From Malacoraja senta (taxonomy: Eukaryota), in NCBI GenBank assembly GCA_038087875.1, contig CM075981.1, positions 72,292,001 through 72,356,000 of the forward strand: a stretch of 64,000 nucleotides of DNA, read 5' to 3'. Of this stretch, positions 1 through 11,520 are shown in pieces. The position numbers and the translations under genes are program-made. The notes below the pieces were generated by a model that worked only from the letters and a program-made list of their open reading frames with translations, made no database searches and was not told the origin of the DNA. Positions within the stretch are counted from its first letter, which is position 1. Every line of letters starts with the position of its first letter.

Positions 1-679
1 TTATTTTACATGTGCCTGTTTTTAATGTCTAGAGATTTGTTATTCTGGGATTACCTCTTTATAATCTCCTTATTATACATCCCCCCTTATGAATCACAAA
101 ATTCCACAAGGCTTAGTTGGACTGTTAAACATCACACTGCCATCTCCCCCAACACAAAAGAGAATAAAATAGAAAAGCAAACATCTGCAGCTTTTTGAAG
201 TATTGTGACCAACACTTTTTTAAAAATCAATGAAATGTTCCTACCTTTAATTACTCGATTAAGTATTTCCTGGCAAATAATGGCTCATTAGCAGAAAAGT
301 TCATCAAAGAACATATGGTGGCTGAAGTCCATAGTGGTTGGGGTTTTGTTTCAACATCTATTTCTTCATTCAATTTCTATTTAGTAAAGTTGCTTGGATT
401 TAAAAAAAGAATAAGGCAACAGTAAAGAAAAATAAAGCAAGGCACAAAGCACTGGAGTAACTCCGTGGGTCTGGCAACATCTCTGGAGAACATGGATAGA
501 TGACGTTTCAGGTCAGCATCCTTCTTCAGAATATGAAGAAAGGCCCCAACACAAAGTGTCACCTATTCATGTTCTCCAGAGATGCTGCCTGACCCGCTGA
601 GTTATTCCAGCACTTTTGTCTTTTTTGTAAATCAGCAACTGCAGTTTGTCATACCTCCTCCCTCAATTCTATCCAGAAT

Positions 680-1095
680 CCCCAACAGTTATTTCAGGTG
701 AGGCAGAGATTCATTTGCACCTCCTCCATCTCATCTACTGCATCCGTTGTTCTTGGTGTGGGCTCCTATATATCCACGAGACCAAGCGCAGACTGGGCAA
801 TCGTTTTGCTGAACACTCACAATCAGCCCACCTTGGCCAAGGCGATCTCCCAGTTGCCAAACAATGGGACATTTTCAGATCCACCCTTCCTTGGTCATCT
901 GTGGCCAGTCCTGCTTTGTTCAGGCCTTTTCTTCCTTCCAGTTCCCTCCCCTCTACTTTCAGTCTGAAGAGGGGTCCCAACCCAAAACACCATCCATCCT
1001 TTTTCTCCAGAGATACTGCCTGACATGCTGAGTTACTGAGTTTTGTGCCTATTTTCGGTAAATAACAGCATCTGCAGTTCCTTTCTACACAACTG
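680..1095 (+). mobile_element. Penelope-like element fragment (GIY-YIG endonuclease end plus terminal repeat)
   Basis: LIYCIRCSWCGLLYIHETKRRLGNRFAEH, with a degenerate CTGAAGA hammerhead-type tail near 964. Confidence 0.75.
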
Positions 1096-1479
1096 CAGTT
1101 CTTTGTTGTCTCTAAGAAAAATAATGCATCCTGTTGTTAAAAAAAGTGTGTCTCATACCATAAAGGAAAGCATTCATTCTCTACACATAATTGCATTCTT
1201 TAAAAATTCTTATTCTTATTATACAGGAACTTGAAACTTTAAACTATATGTTTATTAACAAGATATGAGTTCAAATATATTGATGAAGTCATTCAATACA
1301 TCGGTCCAGATCTAAAAGGAAAGTTTGAATTTAAATATTTCATTTTGTTGTTGGGTTATGTTTTATAACATTTTACATTTTAAAATGCAGCTTTCAGTTT
1401 AACATCAGCTTTCAGTATAAAGTTATTTTATACTGAAAGTTGCAATGGGGCAAAAAAAAAATCACTTTTGACACCGAAT

Positions 1480-2262
1480 ACCTTGAAATCCTCCAACATT
1501 TTGCCACCTCCAACAGGATACCACCACTAGTCATGTATTCCCATCTCCACTCTTTCCTGCTTTCCAGAGATCGTTCCCTTCGCAACTCCCTGGTTCACTC
1601 ATCCCTTCCCACCCAAACCACCTGGAACCTTCCCCTGCAACCACAGGAGATGCAACACCCGTCCTTTTCCTCCTCCCACAACTCCATCCGGGGACCCCAA
1701 CAGTCCTTTCAAGTGAGGCAGAGGATCACTTGCACCTCCTCCAATCTACTGTATCAGTTTTCTCAGTGTGGGCTTCTATATATCGGCGAGACCATGAGCA
1801 GACTGGGCAAACATTTCGCTGAACACTTACGCTCTGTCCTCCTTGGCCTATGCGATCTCCCGGATGTCAAACATTTTAACTCCCTTTCCCATTCCCATAC
1901 TGACCTTTCTGTCCTGGGCCTCCTCCACTGTCAGATTGGGGCCACACCCAAATTGGAGGAACAGCACCTCATACTTCGCTTAGGCAGCTTACAACCCAGC
2001 GGTATACACGTTGATTTCTCTAACTTTAAGCATTCCCTCTACCTCCCCCACCCACCATAGTCGCCCTATTACTTCCACTGTTCGCATTCTTGTATCCCTT
2101 GCTTATCACTTCTTCCCCAGCCAACAATGAGCCATTATGGGCTCCACCCTTCCTTGGTCATATGTTGCTGGCCCCGAATTCTTCTGGCCTTTTCCTACCT
2201 CTACTTCCCTACCCTCTAATTTCAGTCCGAAGAAGGGTTACTCCAACACATTGTCTACCTTC
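1480..2262 (+). mobile_element. Penelope-like element fragment (GIY-YIG)
   Basis: CGLLYIGETMSRLGKHFAEHLRSV...HFNS..HS...LEEQHLILRLGSLQPSGI is a typical PLE endonuclease C-terminus. Confidence 0.85.
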
Positions 2263-4252
2263 ACCTTAAAATTCTTGATTAGAATGAGGGGGGGGGGGGG
2301 GGGGGAGAGAAAATAAATTCTACCAGAATATAAACGTTTTTAATTTTGTATATGTTCTCTTCCAATTCATTAACATATAGCTTCCAATGAAACTGATATA
2401 AAATTATAAAATAACAACCATCATGATGCCTGATATACATAGGACATCAGATCATAAAACACTTTCACATTGTTATTGGGACACCAAGTAGTTTGTTACA
2501 ATGGCCTGGATCATCCACCAACAACCAAGGGAAAATAAAATCCTCTTGCTATACTCAGTGTTGTTCCTCACTGACAAGTAGTTTGACTGTACCTGCATAG
2601 TTTAACTCTTTGCAGCTACATTTCATATTTACTTATGCTGACATAGTTATGTTTTTCTTTCTGCAGTTACTCCAGCCATTGTTTCAACAGTTTGGAGATT
2701 AAGAACTAGGTGGAATAATGGCTGTGGTAAAAGCAACCGTTATAAGCATCAGGCTCAAAACTACACTACCTGATTGCATCTTTCACTGTATACCTTTCTG
2801 TGATTTCTTCTTTTCTTTCTCGTATATTTTGAATTGCTTTCATCTCTCCTCACTTCCTTGCTACGTCTCCTTTAATTGAAAGAAGGATAACAACATTAGT
2901 TCCTTTGCCAATACAAGACTCTTTGCTCACGCTTATGTTTGTTCCCTAACACATTTCTTCCATCACATTTCACATAATGTTTTCAAATGAAGCTACGATG
3001 TGCATCATGTAACTTCTATGCCCTTGGCTTCTAGATAGTTTTTCTGTTTATCCATACTCATTGCCTGGAACAACTTTTATGCAATTTTGTACAACTTACT
3101 GTTAGAGTTTAGATCTCAGGTCAATTGCATAAATAGAGATTAGAGAGATTAGAGATTCCTTTATTTGTCATTCAGACCTTTCGGTCTGAATGAAATTTCG
3201 TTGCCTGCAGTCATACATATAATAATAAATTACAAAACACACAATAAACACAAATTAACATCCACCACAGTGAGTTCACCAGGTACCTCCTCAATAAAAA
3301 GTATAATGAGATCAGTTTCAGTCAGCTGCAGTGGAAATCATTTTTTTCCTCAATCATCAGTACCTAGAATCATAAGAATACTGTACAAATAAAGTCTGTT
3401 TGAATACTGATTCCAGGTACTGTATTGCTGTTAAATTGAAACTATACAGAATGAAGCTATGAGTCTCTACTACTCTATGAGTCTGTTAGATGACAAGCAC
3501 ATAAAATGAGGAAAGACATCTTTAGTAGTCTCTGTTTCTTATATTGTCACCCTCCACAACTATGACATTGGGAAGCACATTAACCCAGTAGGGTGATGCA
3601 CAGAGGCTTGACATTAATCTCCTAAAGCAGGGAGGCATAAAAGTACATCTTGATTTGCTCACCAGCAGTAAATTTTAAGCTTGTTTACATTATCAGGGTC
3701 AATTTATTTTGCACCAAGTTCAAGTACTTAAAGAAACAATCTTTGTATTTTTCTTCAATGACCTAGAATCTGTTTACAGCTCAAAAGAAATGCAAATACT
3801 TTATTTTTAAAATATTTATGCAATATAACCAAGCAGTCAAAATACCTTCTTGCTAGTTGTCTACATGATGTGCGCATCAATTTTTTTCGTAAAGTCAAGG
3901 GAATTCCTGTTGAATATACTATTTTCAGTACATCTTCAATTGACATACCAGACAGAGACATTGGGATTAGCCACTGCTGTTCAAATTCCAAGTCAAATAT
4001 ATGAGGTACTTTAAAAAAAAAAAAAGGGTCTCTGTGTCCATTAAAATTGTTTAAGTAAAAGTATGTTTTGGTGATGGTAATAAACATAATGGCCGTGAAT
4101 TAACTAATAATTCACCACAAATCTGAAAACTCAGTTGCATGCAATAAAGCATTTGGAGATTGAAGGTATAGAGCAAATGGGACTAGTTTTGAAGGGGCAT
4201 CTTGGTCGGCATGAATTAGGCCAAAGGGCCCGTTTCTGTACTGTAAAACTCT

Positions 4253-4481
4253 TACAGTTGGGGGCTATGGTGTGAGTGGTGGAATATTACATTGGGGAAA
4301 TGTGTTGCGTTGGGGGAAATGGGTGAGTGGCAGAATCTTACGTTGGGGAACGGGTTGCGTTGGGGGACCAGGCCTCCCGTGGGGGCTATGGGTGAGTGGT
4401 GGAATATTGCGTTGGGGGAACGGGTGAGTGATGGATGATTGCTTTGGAGAAACGGGGCCCAACGGGTCCCACTTGGTCTAG
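4253..4481 (+). mobile_element. Helitron 3'-end fragment with tandemly reiterated subterminal units
   Basis: Same 3' end as 51083-51164 (GGGGGCTATGGGTGAGTGGTGGAATATTGCGTTGGGGGAACGG...hairpin...CTAG|T). The subterminal unit is repeated about 4 times and no matching 5' end was seen. Confidence 0.75.
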
Positions 4482-5107
4482 TATAAAATAAATGCTTCAA
4501 TCCTTTGTATTGTTTAAAGTTATGAAAATATTTATTGAGGTAGACTATTTCAAATAGGAAAGCGGCCAGGGATACAAAATTGAATGAGAAAGATCCAAAA
4601 AGACCTAAAAAAACCCTGCTTTGCTTCCTATCAAAATTGTGAAGACAGAGACATTAAAAATGCATGTAAATATTTTAATAAATATTTAAAATATAGCAAA
4701 ATCTGTAGACTTTAAAAAATGATGTAATAAATAAAAAATTGTAACTCCCTCTTTTGCAGGACAATATACACCATCCAAATGACATAGGACTGGGAAAGCA
4801 ATTTGTCAAAGCTGGGTAATTCCAGCAAGACAGCCTCCCCTCACAGAGCTCCATATGGTCAAGAGATGAAGCCAAGTTACAGATACAACATTTATGAAAT
4901 TTCAAAGGGTCCAATTCCAATTTACTTTCATTTCAATCCCTTTGTGATTGTCAACCATAGTAAGATTTGGCTTTTAATTGTATTTTATTGCATTTTTTCC
5001 TAACCAGGAAAGAACTTCAGTATTCCACATTTAACCTAAGGTTTTTAATATGGAGTAATCAAGGCCATCACTCTCTATTTTTAAATACATAATTTGTGTT
5101 TTAAATA

Positions 5108-5752
5108 AGAGTCAGAGTTATGCAGCATGGAAATTTACCCTTCTCATCCCAACTCATCCAATGCAACAGAGGTGACTAAGACATATTTCTTGCATTTGGC
5201 CCATATCCCTCTAATCCTTCAAAATCCATGACCCATGCATATGTATTTTAGACATTATAATTGTACCCGGCCTCACTGCTTTCTCAAGCAGCTTGTTCCA
5301 TATACCTATTGCCCTCTGTGTGAAAAAAGTTGTCCCCCCCCTAAATGTTTTCTCCCTCACCTTAAACCAATGTGCTCTAGTTCTATACTCTTCTATCCTG
5401 ATAAAAGACAGATTATCCACCTTATCTATGCCCGTCATGATTTCATAAACCTCAAAGGACACCCCCCAGCCTCTGTCGCTTCAGGGAAAACATTCCAGCC
5501 TATCCAGGGCCTTTCCTTATTTCACTAGCCCTTCAGTCAGTCATATCATTGCAAATATGTTGTGCATCCTCTAGCACTTAATGACATCCTTCCTATATGA
5601 TAGTGACCAGAGCTATACACAATATTCCAAGTACAGTCTCACCAAAGTATTGTACAATTGTAACACAATATACCAACTCTTTCACTCAATACCCGAGCTG
5701 ATGAATATGGCTTCTTCACCACCTTGTTTGTGTCACCACTTTTAAGGAACTA
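5108..5752 (-). mobile_element. CR1-type LINE 3' fragment (continues at 7338-7670 beyond the Helitron)
   Basis: EVYEIMTGIDKVD...TRAHWFKV...FFTQRAIGIWNKL. The continuation gives RVVVEGCFSDWRPVTS...ISKFADYTKIGG. Confidence 0.8.
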
Positions 5753-7337
5753 CTAGACCAAGTGCAGACCCGTTGGGTCTGTTCCCCCAACGTGTGGTAG
5801 CGGGGGGGCGCTGGGTGGGGGGGGGGGCATGCGGCGTCACACACACTAACTACCCCCCCGCACACACGCTAACTACCCCCCTTGATATTATATTAATATT
5901 ATTAATTTGCTCCTTTTACCCCATAACCGCCCTATCCACTGACGCGTAGCCCCCAACTCGCAGGCGCGTCTAGAGAGGGGGGGGGGGGTAGAGAGTGAAA
6001 GCAGAGAGAGAATGGGGAGAGACAGAGAGAAAGGGGCAGAGACAGAAGGGCAAGAGACAGAGGGAGAGGGGGAGGAGGGGCAAGAAAGATGGGAGGAGAG
6101 AGACGGGGAGAGAGAGGGAGCTGAGAGGGGGTGGAAGGGAAGGGGGGGAGAGGGGGGTAAGGGAAGGGGGAGAGGGAGGGGGAGAGTGGGGGGGAGGGAG
6201 GTGGGGGAGGGGATGGAGGGAAGGGGGTAGGGGAGGAGGGAGGGCAGGAGATGGGGTAGGGGAGTGAGGGGGAAGAGTGTGGAGGGATGGGGAGGGGGAA
6301 GAGTGGGGAGGGAGATGGGGTAGGGGAGAGAGGGGAAAGAGTGGGGAGGGAGGGGGAGATGGGGTAGGGGAGAGAGGGGTCGAGTGGGGAGGGAGGGGGA
6401 GAGGGGTAGGGGAGAGAGGGGGAAGAGTGGGGAGGGAGGGGGGCAGTCCATCTATTCCCCACTCCCTATCACCCCCACTCCTCACCTCCCCCATTCCCCC
6501 CCTCCCTCCCTACTCTCCCTCAATCCCCACTCCCCCTCTTCACCTCCCCAGGATCTCGCCTGTCCTCCGGATCTGCAGAACTTACTTGCTCGTTCACAGA
6601 GAGGAACACAGAACAGGGAGGAGTCAGAGAGCCAAATGCCAGCGTGTGTCGGGGGGGGGGGGGGGGGGTGTTGACGTAACGTGGCCTCGCGACGCCCGCA
6701 GCCGTTGAGAACTGCCAGCTGACAACAGCCCTTTAAAGCCGCTAAGGCAAGACGTGTTTGCCCAGGAGCGAGCGTTCACAGCAAAGAAACACCGGCTTCT
6801 GACTCTCTGGAAACCCACAGCTGGAATGAGCACGCAGGGATGGGAGGGGCGCGCAGGCGGGCGGGGCTTCGCGAGCTGCGCCGGCTCTGAGGAGAAAGTT
6901 CAGCGGAACTTATGAGGAGAAGTTCAGCTCGTGAGGAGTCGCTGCCCCGAGATCTGTAGAACAAAGAAGCTATAGCGGAACGCAGCTGTAGAATCTTTGT
7001 TCTGCAGAACTTTCACGATATTCCTGCGCCTTTAATCCACAGCGGCGGGGGGCGAGGCCAGGACGCAGGTGGGCCTGGATTGGTGGGCATGTGGGCATTG
7101 TGACGTCAGCAGCTGGTGAGCGGCGTTTATATTTTAAAAATTGAGTTTTGTGAACAATGTTATTCAAAATCTGGGGGAAATAATTGACCAAGGAGTGGAT
7201 TTCTGAACTCATAAGTTAAATCCCTACCGAAATTGTAAAAATCTCTGCGTTTTTGCGTCTGGTTTTCGAGGAGATACGTTTCAAAGGCATAATGCCGTAC
7301 ACCCACACACACAGAATTTTAAAAGTATATAGATAGA
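5753..7337 (-). mobile_element. Non-autonomous Helitron, 1585 bp
   Basis: The minus strand starts TCTATCTATATAC and ends with the hairpin CAGACCC-AAC-GGGTCTG followed by CACTTGGTCTAG. It is inserted between A5752 and T7338 with no TSD, splitting a CR1 fragment (GGAACTA|TGTAC). Confidence 0.85.
5972..6550. repeat. Polypurine (G/A) tract followed by a polypyrimidine tract inside the Helitron
   Basis: Low complexity, with GGGGTAGGGGAGAGAGGGG units. Confidence 0.9.
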
Positions 7338-7670
7338 TGTACTACAATAATCAACAGGGCTCCAAGTATATCCTGCCCTGGTTTAACTTAAATACATAAC
7401 ATCACACGTGTCCAAATTGAATTCCACCTGCCTTCTGTGTCCCCGCTTTCTCAGTTGATCTAGATCCCATTGTAAACTTAGACAACGTCTACATTGTTCA
7501 TCACACCACCAATTTTAGTGTAATCCGCAAACTTGCTAATCATGCCACCAGCATTCTCAAAATCATTGATATATACAACAAAAAAGAAAGGACCCAGTAT
7601 TGATATCGGTGGCACATTACTGGTCACAGGCCTCCAATCTGAAAAACAACCCTCCACTACCACCCTCCGA
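7338..7670 (-). mobile_element. CR1 LINE RT fragment
   Basis: RVVVEGCFSDWRPVTSNVP..ILGP..FVVYIND...SKFAD.TKIGG. Confidence 0.8.
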
Positions 7671-8086
7671 TTCACTGGAATTTAGAAAGATGAGAGGGGA
7701 TCTTATAGAAACATATAACATTCTTAAGGGATTGGACAGGCTGGATGCAGGAAAAAAAGTTCCCGATGTTGGGGGAGTCCAGAACCAGGGGTCATAGTTT
7801 AAGAATAAGGGGTAGGCCATTTAGGACTGAGATGAGGAATAACTTTTTCACTCAGAGTTGTGAATCTTTGGAATTCTCAACCACAGAAGATAGTGGAAGC
7901 CAATTCATTTGATGTTTTTCAAGAGAGTTAGATATAGCTTTTAGGGCTAACAGAATCAAGGGATATGGGGAGAAAGCAGGATACTGATTTTGGATGATGA
8001 GCCACGATCATATTGAATGGCAGGGCTGGCTCGAAGGGCCGAATGGCCTACTCCTTCCTGCACCTATTTTCTATGTTTCTATGTTT
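7671..8086 (+). mobile_element. CR1 LINE 3' end
   Basis: SLEFRKMRGDLIETYNILKGLDRLDA with a CTATGTTT tail; near-identical to 20545-20965. Confidence 0.85.
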
Positions 8087-8334
8087 ATCACTATGCCAGT
8101 ATTATATCCTACTGGCCATCTCACCCTGGATCACATGTTATCTCACCTTCCAAACCAGTCTACAACGGTATTGGAGAATTGAAATATTTTGCACTTCACT
8201 TATTCCAGCTATAATAAGGCAGCTATGCAAATACAAACGCCAAAGTATATCAATGCTTTGGAAAGCATGTCATTCGGAAATCATGTTGCTCCACATTTTG
8301 TTGGATAAAGAGAAGTTGAACAGGATATGAACAA

Positions 8335-9355
8335 TGATAATGAGCTGCAGATACTGCTTAAACCAAAGATAGGCACAAAATTCTGGAGTAACTCAGCGGG
8401 GATAGGAGGCATCCCTGAAAGCATGGAAAGGCAGCATTTCGGGTCGGAATCCTTCATCCGACTGATTGTAGGGAGGCAGAGAAGAATGCTAGAAATGGTG
8501 AGGAGCAAGACAGAGCATAGCCAGTGATAGGCGAACACAGGTCAGGGATTATTTGATAGGGAGATTGTTGGACAAAGGCCAGAGATGAGAAGACAAATGT
8601 GGGCCCAAGAGGAGTATAGTGAATTGTTAAGCTCCGGGATAGAAAAGTTGCAAATTGTGTATCCATTGTAAACGGTACAAGTGAGGGGGGGGGGGGGGTG
8701 GTGGGGAAGCAGGTGTGAGATCAACCAGATGTCAGGAGAGGGGGGAGTTGAAGGGGAGGGAGAAGGAGCCTGTGATAGTTACTTAAAATTGGAAACTTCA
8801 ATGTTCAAGCTGTTGGGTTGTCAGCTTCCCAAGCCGAAAATGAGGTGCTGTTCCTCAAGTTTGCTGGCAGTGGGTCAAAAAGGTAAATTTGGGTATGGGA
8901 AAGGGAGGAAAAACTGTTAGCAACCAGGAGATCCGGTAGGCTTAGGCAAACCGAGTGCACGTGTTCAGCAAAGTGGTCGCTGTGTCTATACTGGGTCTCA
9001 CTGATGTACATGAACCCACAACGGGAACAAAGGATGCAGTAGATGAAGTTAGAAGAGGTGCATGTGAACCTTTGTCTTTATACTTTATTTGTATTGGAAA
9101 GACTCTGGTGGTCGCTGGATGGAGGCAAGGGAGGACATATAGGGACAGGTATTTACATCTCCAGGGGAACGTACCTGGGCAGAGGGCATGCTCTGCTGAA
9201 TGCGGAAAGGGGTGGAGATGGGAAGATGCGATTAGTGGTGGGATCACATTGGAGGTGACGGAACTGTCAGAGGATGATGTATTGCATGCGGACTCGGTCG
9301 GGGTGAAAGGAGGGGACCTGGGGAGCCCTATCCTTATTGGGTCCGGGGAGAAAGG
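8335..9355 (-). mobile_element. Penelope-like element fragment (RT C-terminus/GIY-YIG plus terminal repeat)
   Basis: Minus-strand YISETQYRHSDHFAEHVHSV and sequence related to 1480-2262. The terminal repeat is at 8340-8465. Confidence 0.75.
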
Positions 9356-9783
9356 GAGCGAGAGAATAAGTATGGAACACAGAAGAAACATGGGTGAGAA
9401 TATGAACAGCTAAGTTTTGTACAATTTGGAATTTAGAAGAATGGATAAGGGCCGTAGCAATTTGTGATGGTGAAAGAATGATGCTGAACAAAAGGCTGGA
9501 AAACATTTGGTTTAGTATTAATAACCAGCCAACATAAATAATTTATGCAAATTATATAGGATACAGGATCTCCCTGGATTACAGATGACTGACTTATGGA
9601 AATCTGACTTTACACAAGTTCCCCCATACATTTTTAAAGCATTTTCGACACAATAACAAAAATGTTTTCTGCGCTCATTAATGAATGGATACAGTACATA
9701 TTCTAATAGTTTAATTGTGGGTAATGTTAAGGTGAATATTTAATGAAATTAACATATAACAATTGTACATAGAGCAATACGTA

Positions 9784-10730
9784 TAATAATAATAATAATT
9801 CATTTTATTTACTGGCGCCTTTCTAAAACCCAAGGACACCTTACAAGGCATAGTCACAAAAAATAAAAAACACATAATCAGAAAAAATTAAATATAAAAA
9901 CACCACAGTACACAAATCAAGGACAGAATTCAATTTCAAAAGCACAAAAAAGAAAATAAGAAACACAATTTGAGGAGAGAGCAGCGGCGACCAATTCGCG
10001 CCAGCGTCCACTCTCCCCTCCGACCGCCATCTTGCACACAGACTAACAGCACAGCACGCAAAAATCATCCCCCCACAATGACCACCACTGTGGGGGAAGG
10101 CACAATGTCCAGTCCCCAACCCAGTTCTCCCCAGAGTCAGGCCCATCGAGGCCACCACAGTTGCCTCTACGGAGGCCCGATGTTCCTGGCCATCGGGAGA
10201 GTCCTCGCAGCGACTGGAACAGCCGGTTTCCCAGCGGAGTCGATGGCACCCGAAGCCGACAGGGCCGCGCCGATTTGGAGCCACGAGGCTCCCGATGTTG
10301 GAGTCGGCGCCGCCGCCCGCGGCTGGTCGCTCCGCAGTCCCGCAGCCCGGAGGTGTTGATGTCGGCGGTCACTGCATACCGGAGCCCCAGCGCGTCGACC
10401 CAGGCAAGGCATCGCCCGCTCCGCTCCACGATAGCGCTCCAGCGCTGTGCCGCCACTGAAGCTGAAGGTGCTGGGCGGTCCCCGTCAGGAAACGGCGCTC
10501 CGTGCCCGCTGGTAGGCCACGAGGACGGGTCGACGAGGCAGCCTGGAGAAAAAGCTGCCTCACCGACCAGGTAGGGACCCAGAAGTAGTTTCCCCCCTTA
10601 CCCCCCCCACATTAAAAGTCAAAATCCCCCAAACAAACAAAGAAATAAAAAAAGCTAAAACTAAAGAAAAAAGTGAATTTGACGGACGGCTGCTGTTTAG
10701 CAGCCGTTCCTCCAAGATGGCAGCTCCTCC
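9784..10730 (-). mobile_element. GC-rich non-autonomous retroelement with an L2-like 3' end and (TTA)n tail
   Basis: The minus strand ends TAAGGTGTCCTTGGGTTTTAGAAAGGCGCCAGTAAATAAAATGAA(TTA)n. The body is CpG-rich with sharp boundaries, and no recognisable protein is encoded. Confidence 0.55.
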
Positions 10731-11039
10731 AGGTTACTTTTAGTTGTGGGTTACTTTAATAAATGAACATTGCTGACATGAAGAATCTGGCTTATGGATA
10801 GTTCCAAGGAATCGAACCTTTACATAACCAGGTAGTGGCAAAAAAACAGGCTCAGCCAGTCAACAATACTTTAGCTACACATAAATCTTCTCTATATCTA
10901 CACCTAACTATATCAGCGAAACCCTCTATCTCCTTCTTTCTTGTACTTCTCCAGCTGCCTCTTATCATTAGTTTTAACCACTCCTCATTTTGCAAGATCT
11001 GCATTTACACCACTCTTTAGATAAAGTATCTTTCAAATT

Positions 11040-11520
11040 CCCTACTGAATTTCTTGGGAACCATCATACACTCATGGTTTCTCCACATTAACCCTATCAA
11101 TCCTTTATTCTGCACATGTTTATTAGGTCACCTCTTATGGTAAATAAAAATGGACCTAGACTGGACCTAGCATGCACATTTTCATATTTCTGCTATCATA
11201 CTCGTAAACCCTTGCTGCACCTTTTCTGGTTTCTCCATACCCTTTTTTATGGTGAACAGAGCGCTTGATTTTAAGTAAAATAGCCATGTCACATTCAGGT
11301 AAATGCCATCCCTTTGTTGCTCTGCTGGTATCACCTCCACCACCTGCAGTATCACTACACCTAGTATCACATCTTCCAAGTGATATTTTCCCCCTAACAT
11401 TATATGTACTCAGTTTTACACGTTGCACTTTATTTGCCAATTATTTGTTTATTCTGTAAGTTTATCGATATCCTCCAGTAGTTTGTTGCAGCCCCTCCTC
11501 AATATTGGCTGCCTCCAAAT
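11040..11520 (-). mobile_element. Degenerate CR1 LINE fragment
   Basis: EKVQQGFTSMI and similar remnants. Confidence 0.5.

Noticed and set aside
5888-6708. Pro-rich and Gly/Arg/Glu-rich ORFs
   Set aside because: They come from low-complexity purine/pyrimidine tracts inside a Helitron.
9841-10574. Cluster of overlapping 80-147 aa ORFs suggesting a nested gene
   Set aside because: This is the GC-rich interior of a retroelement, with no recognisable domain or exon structure.
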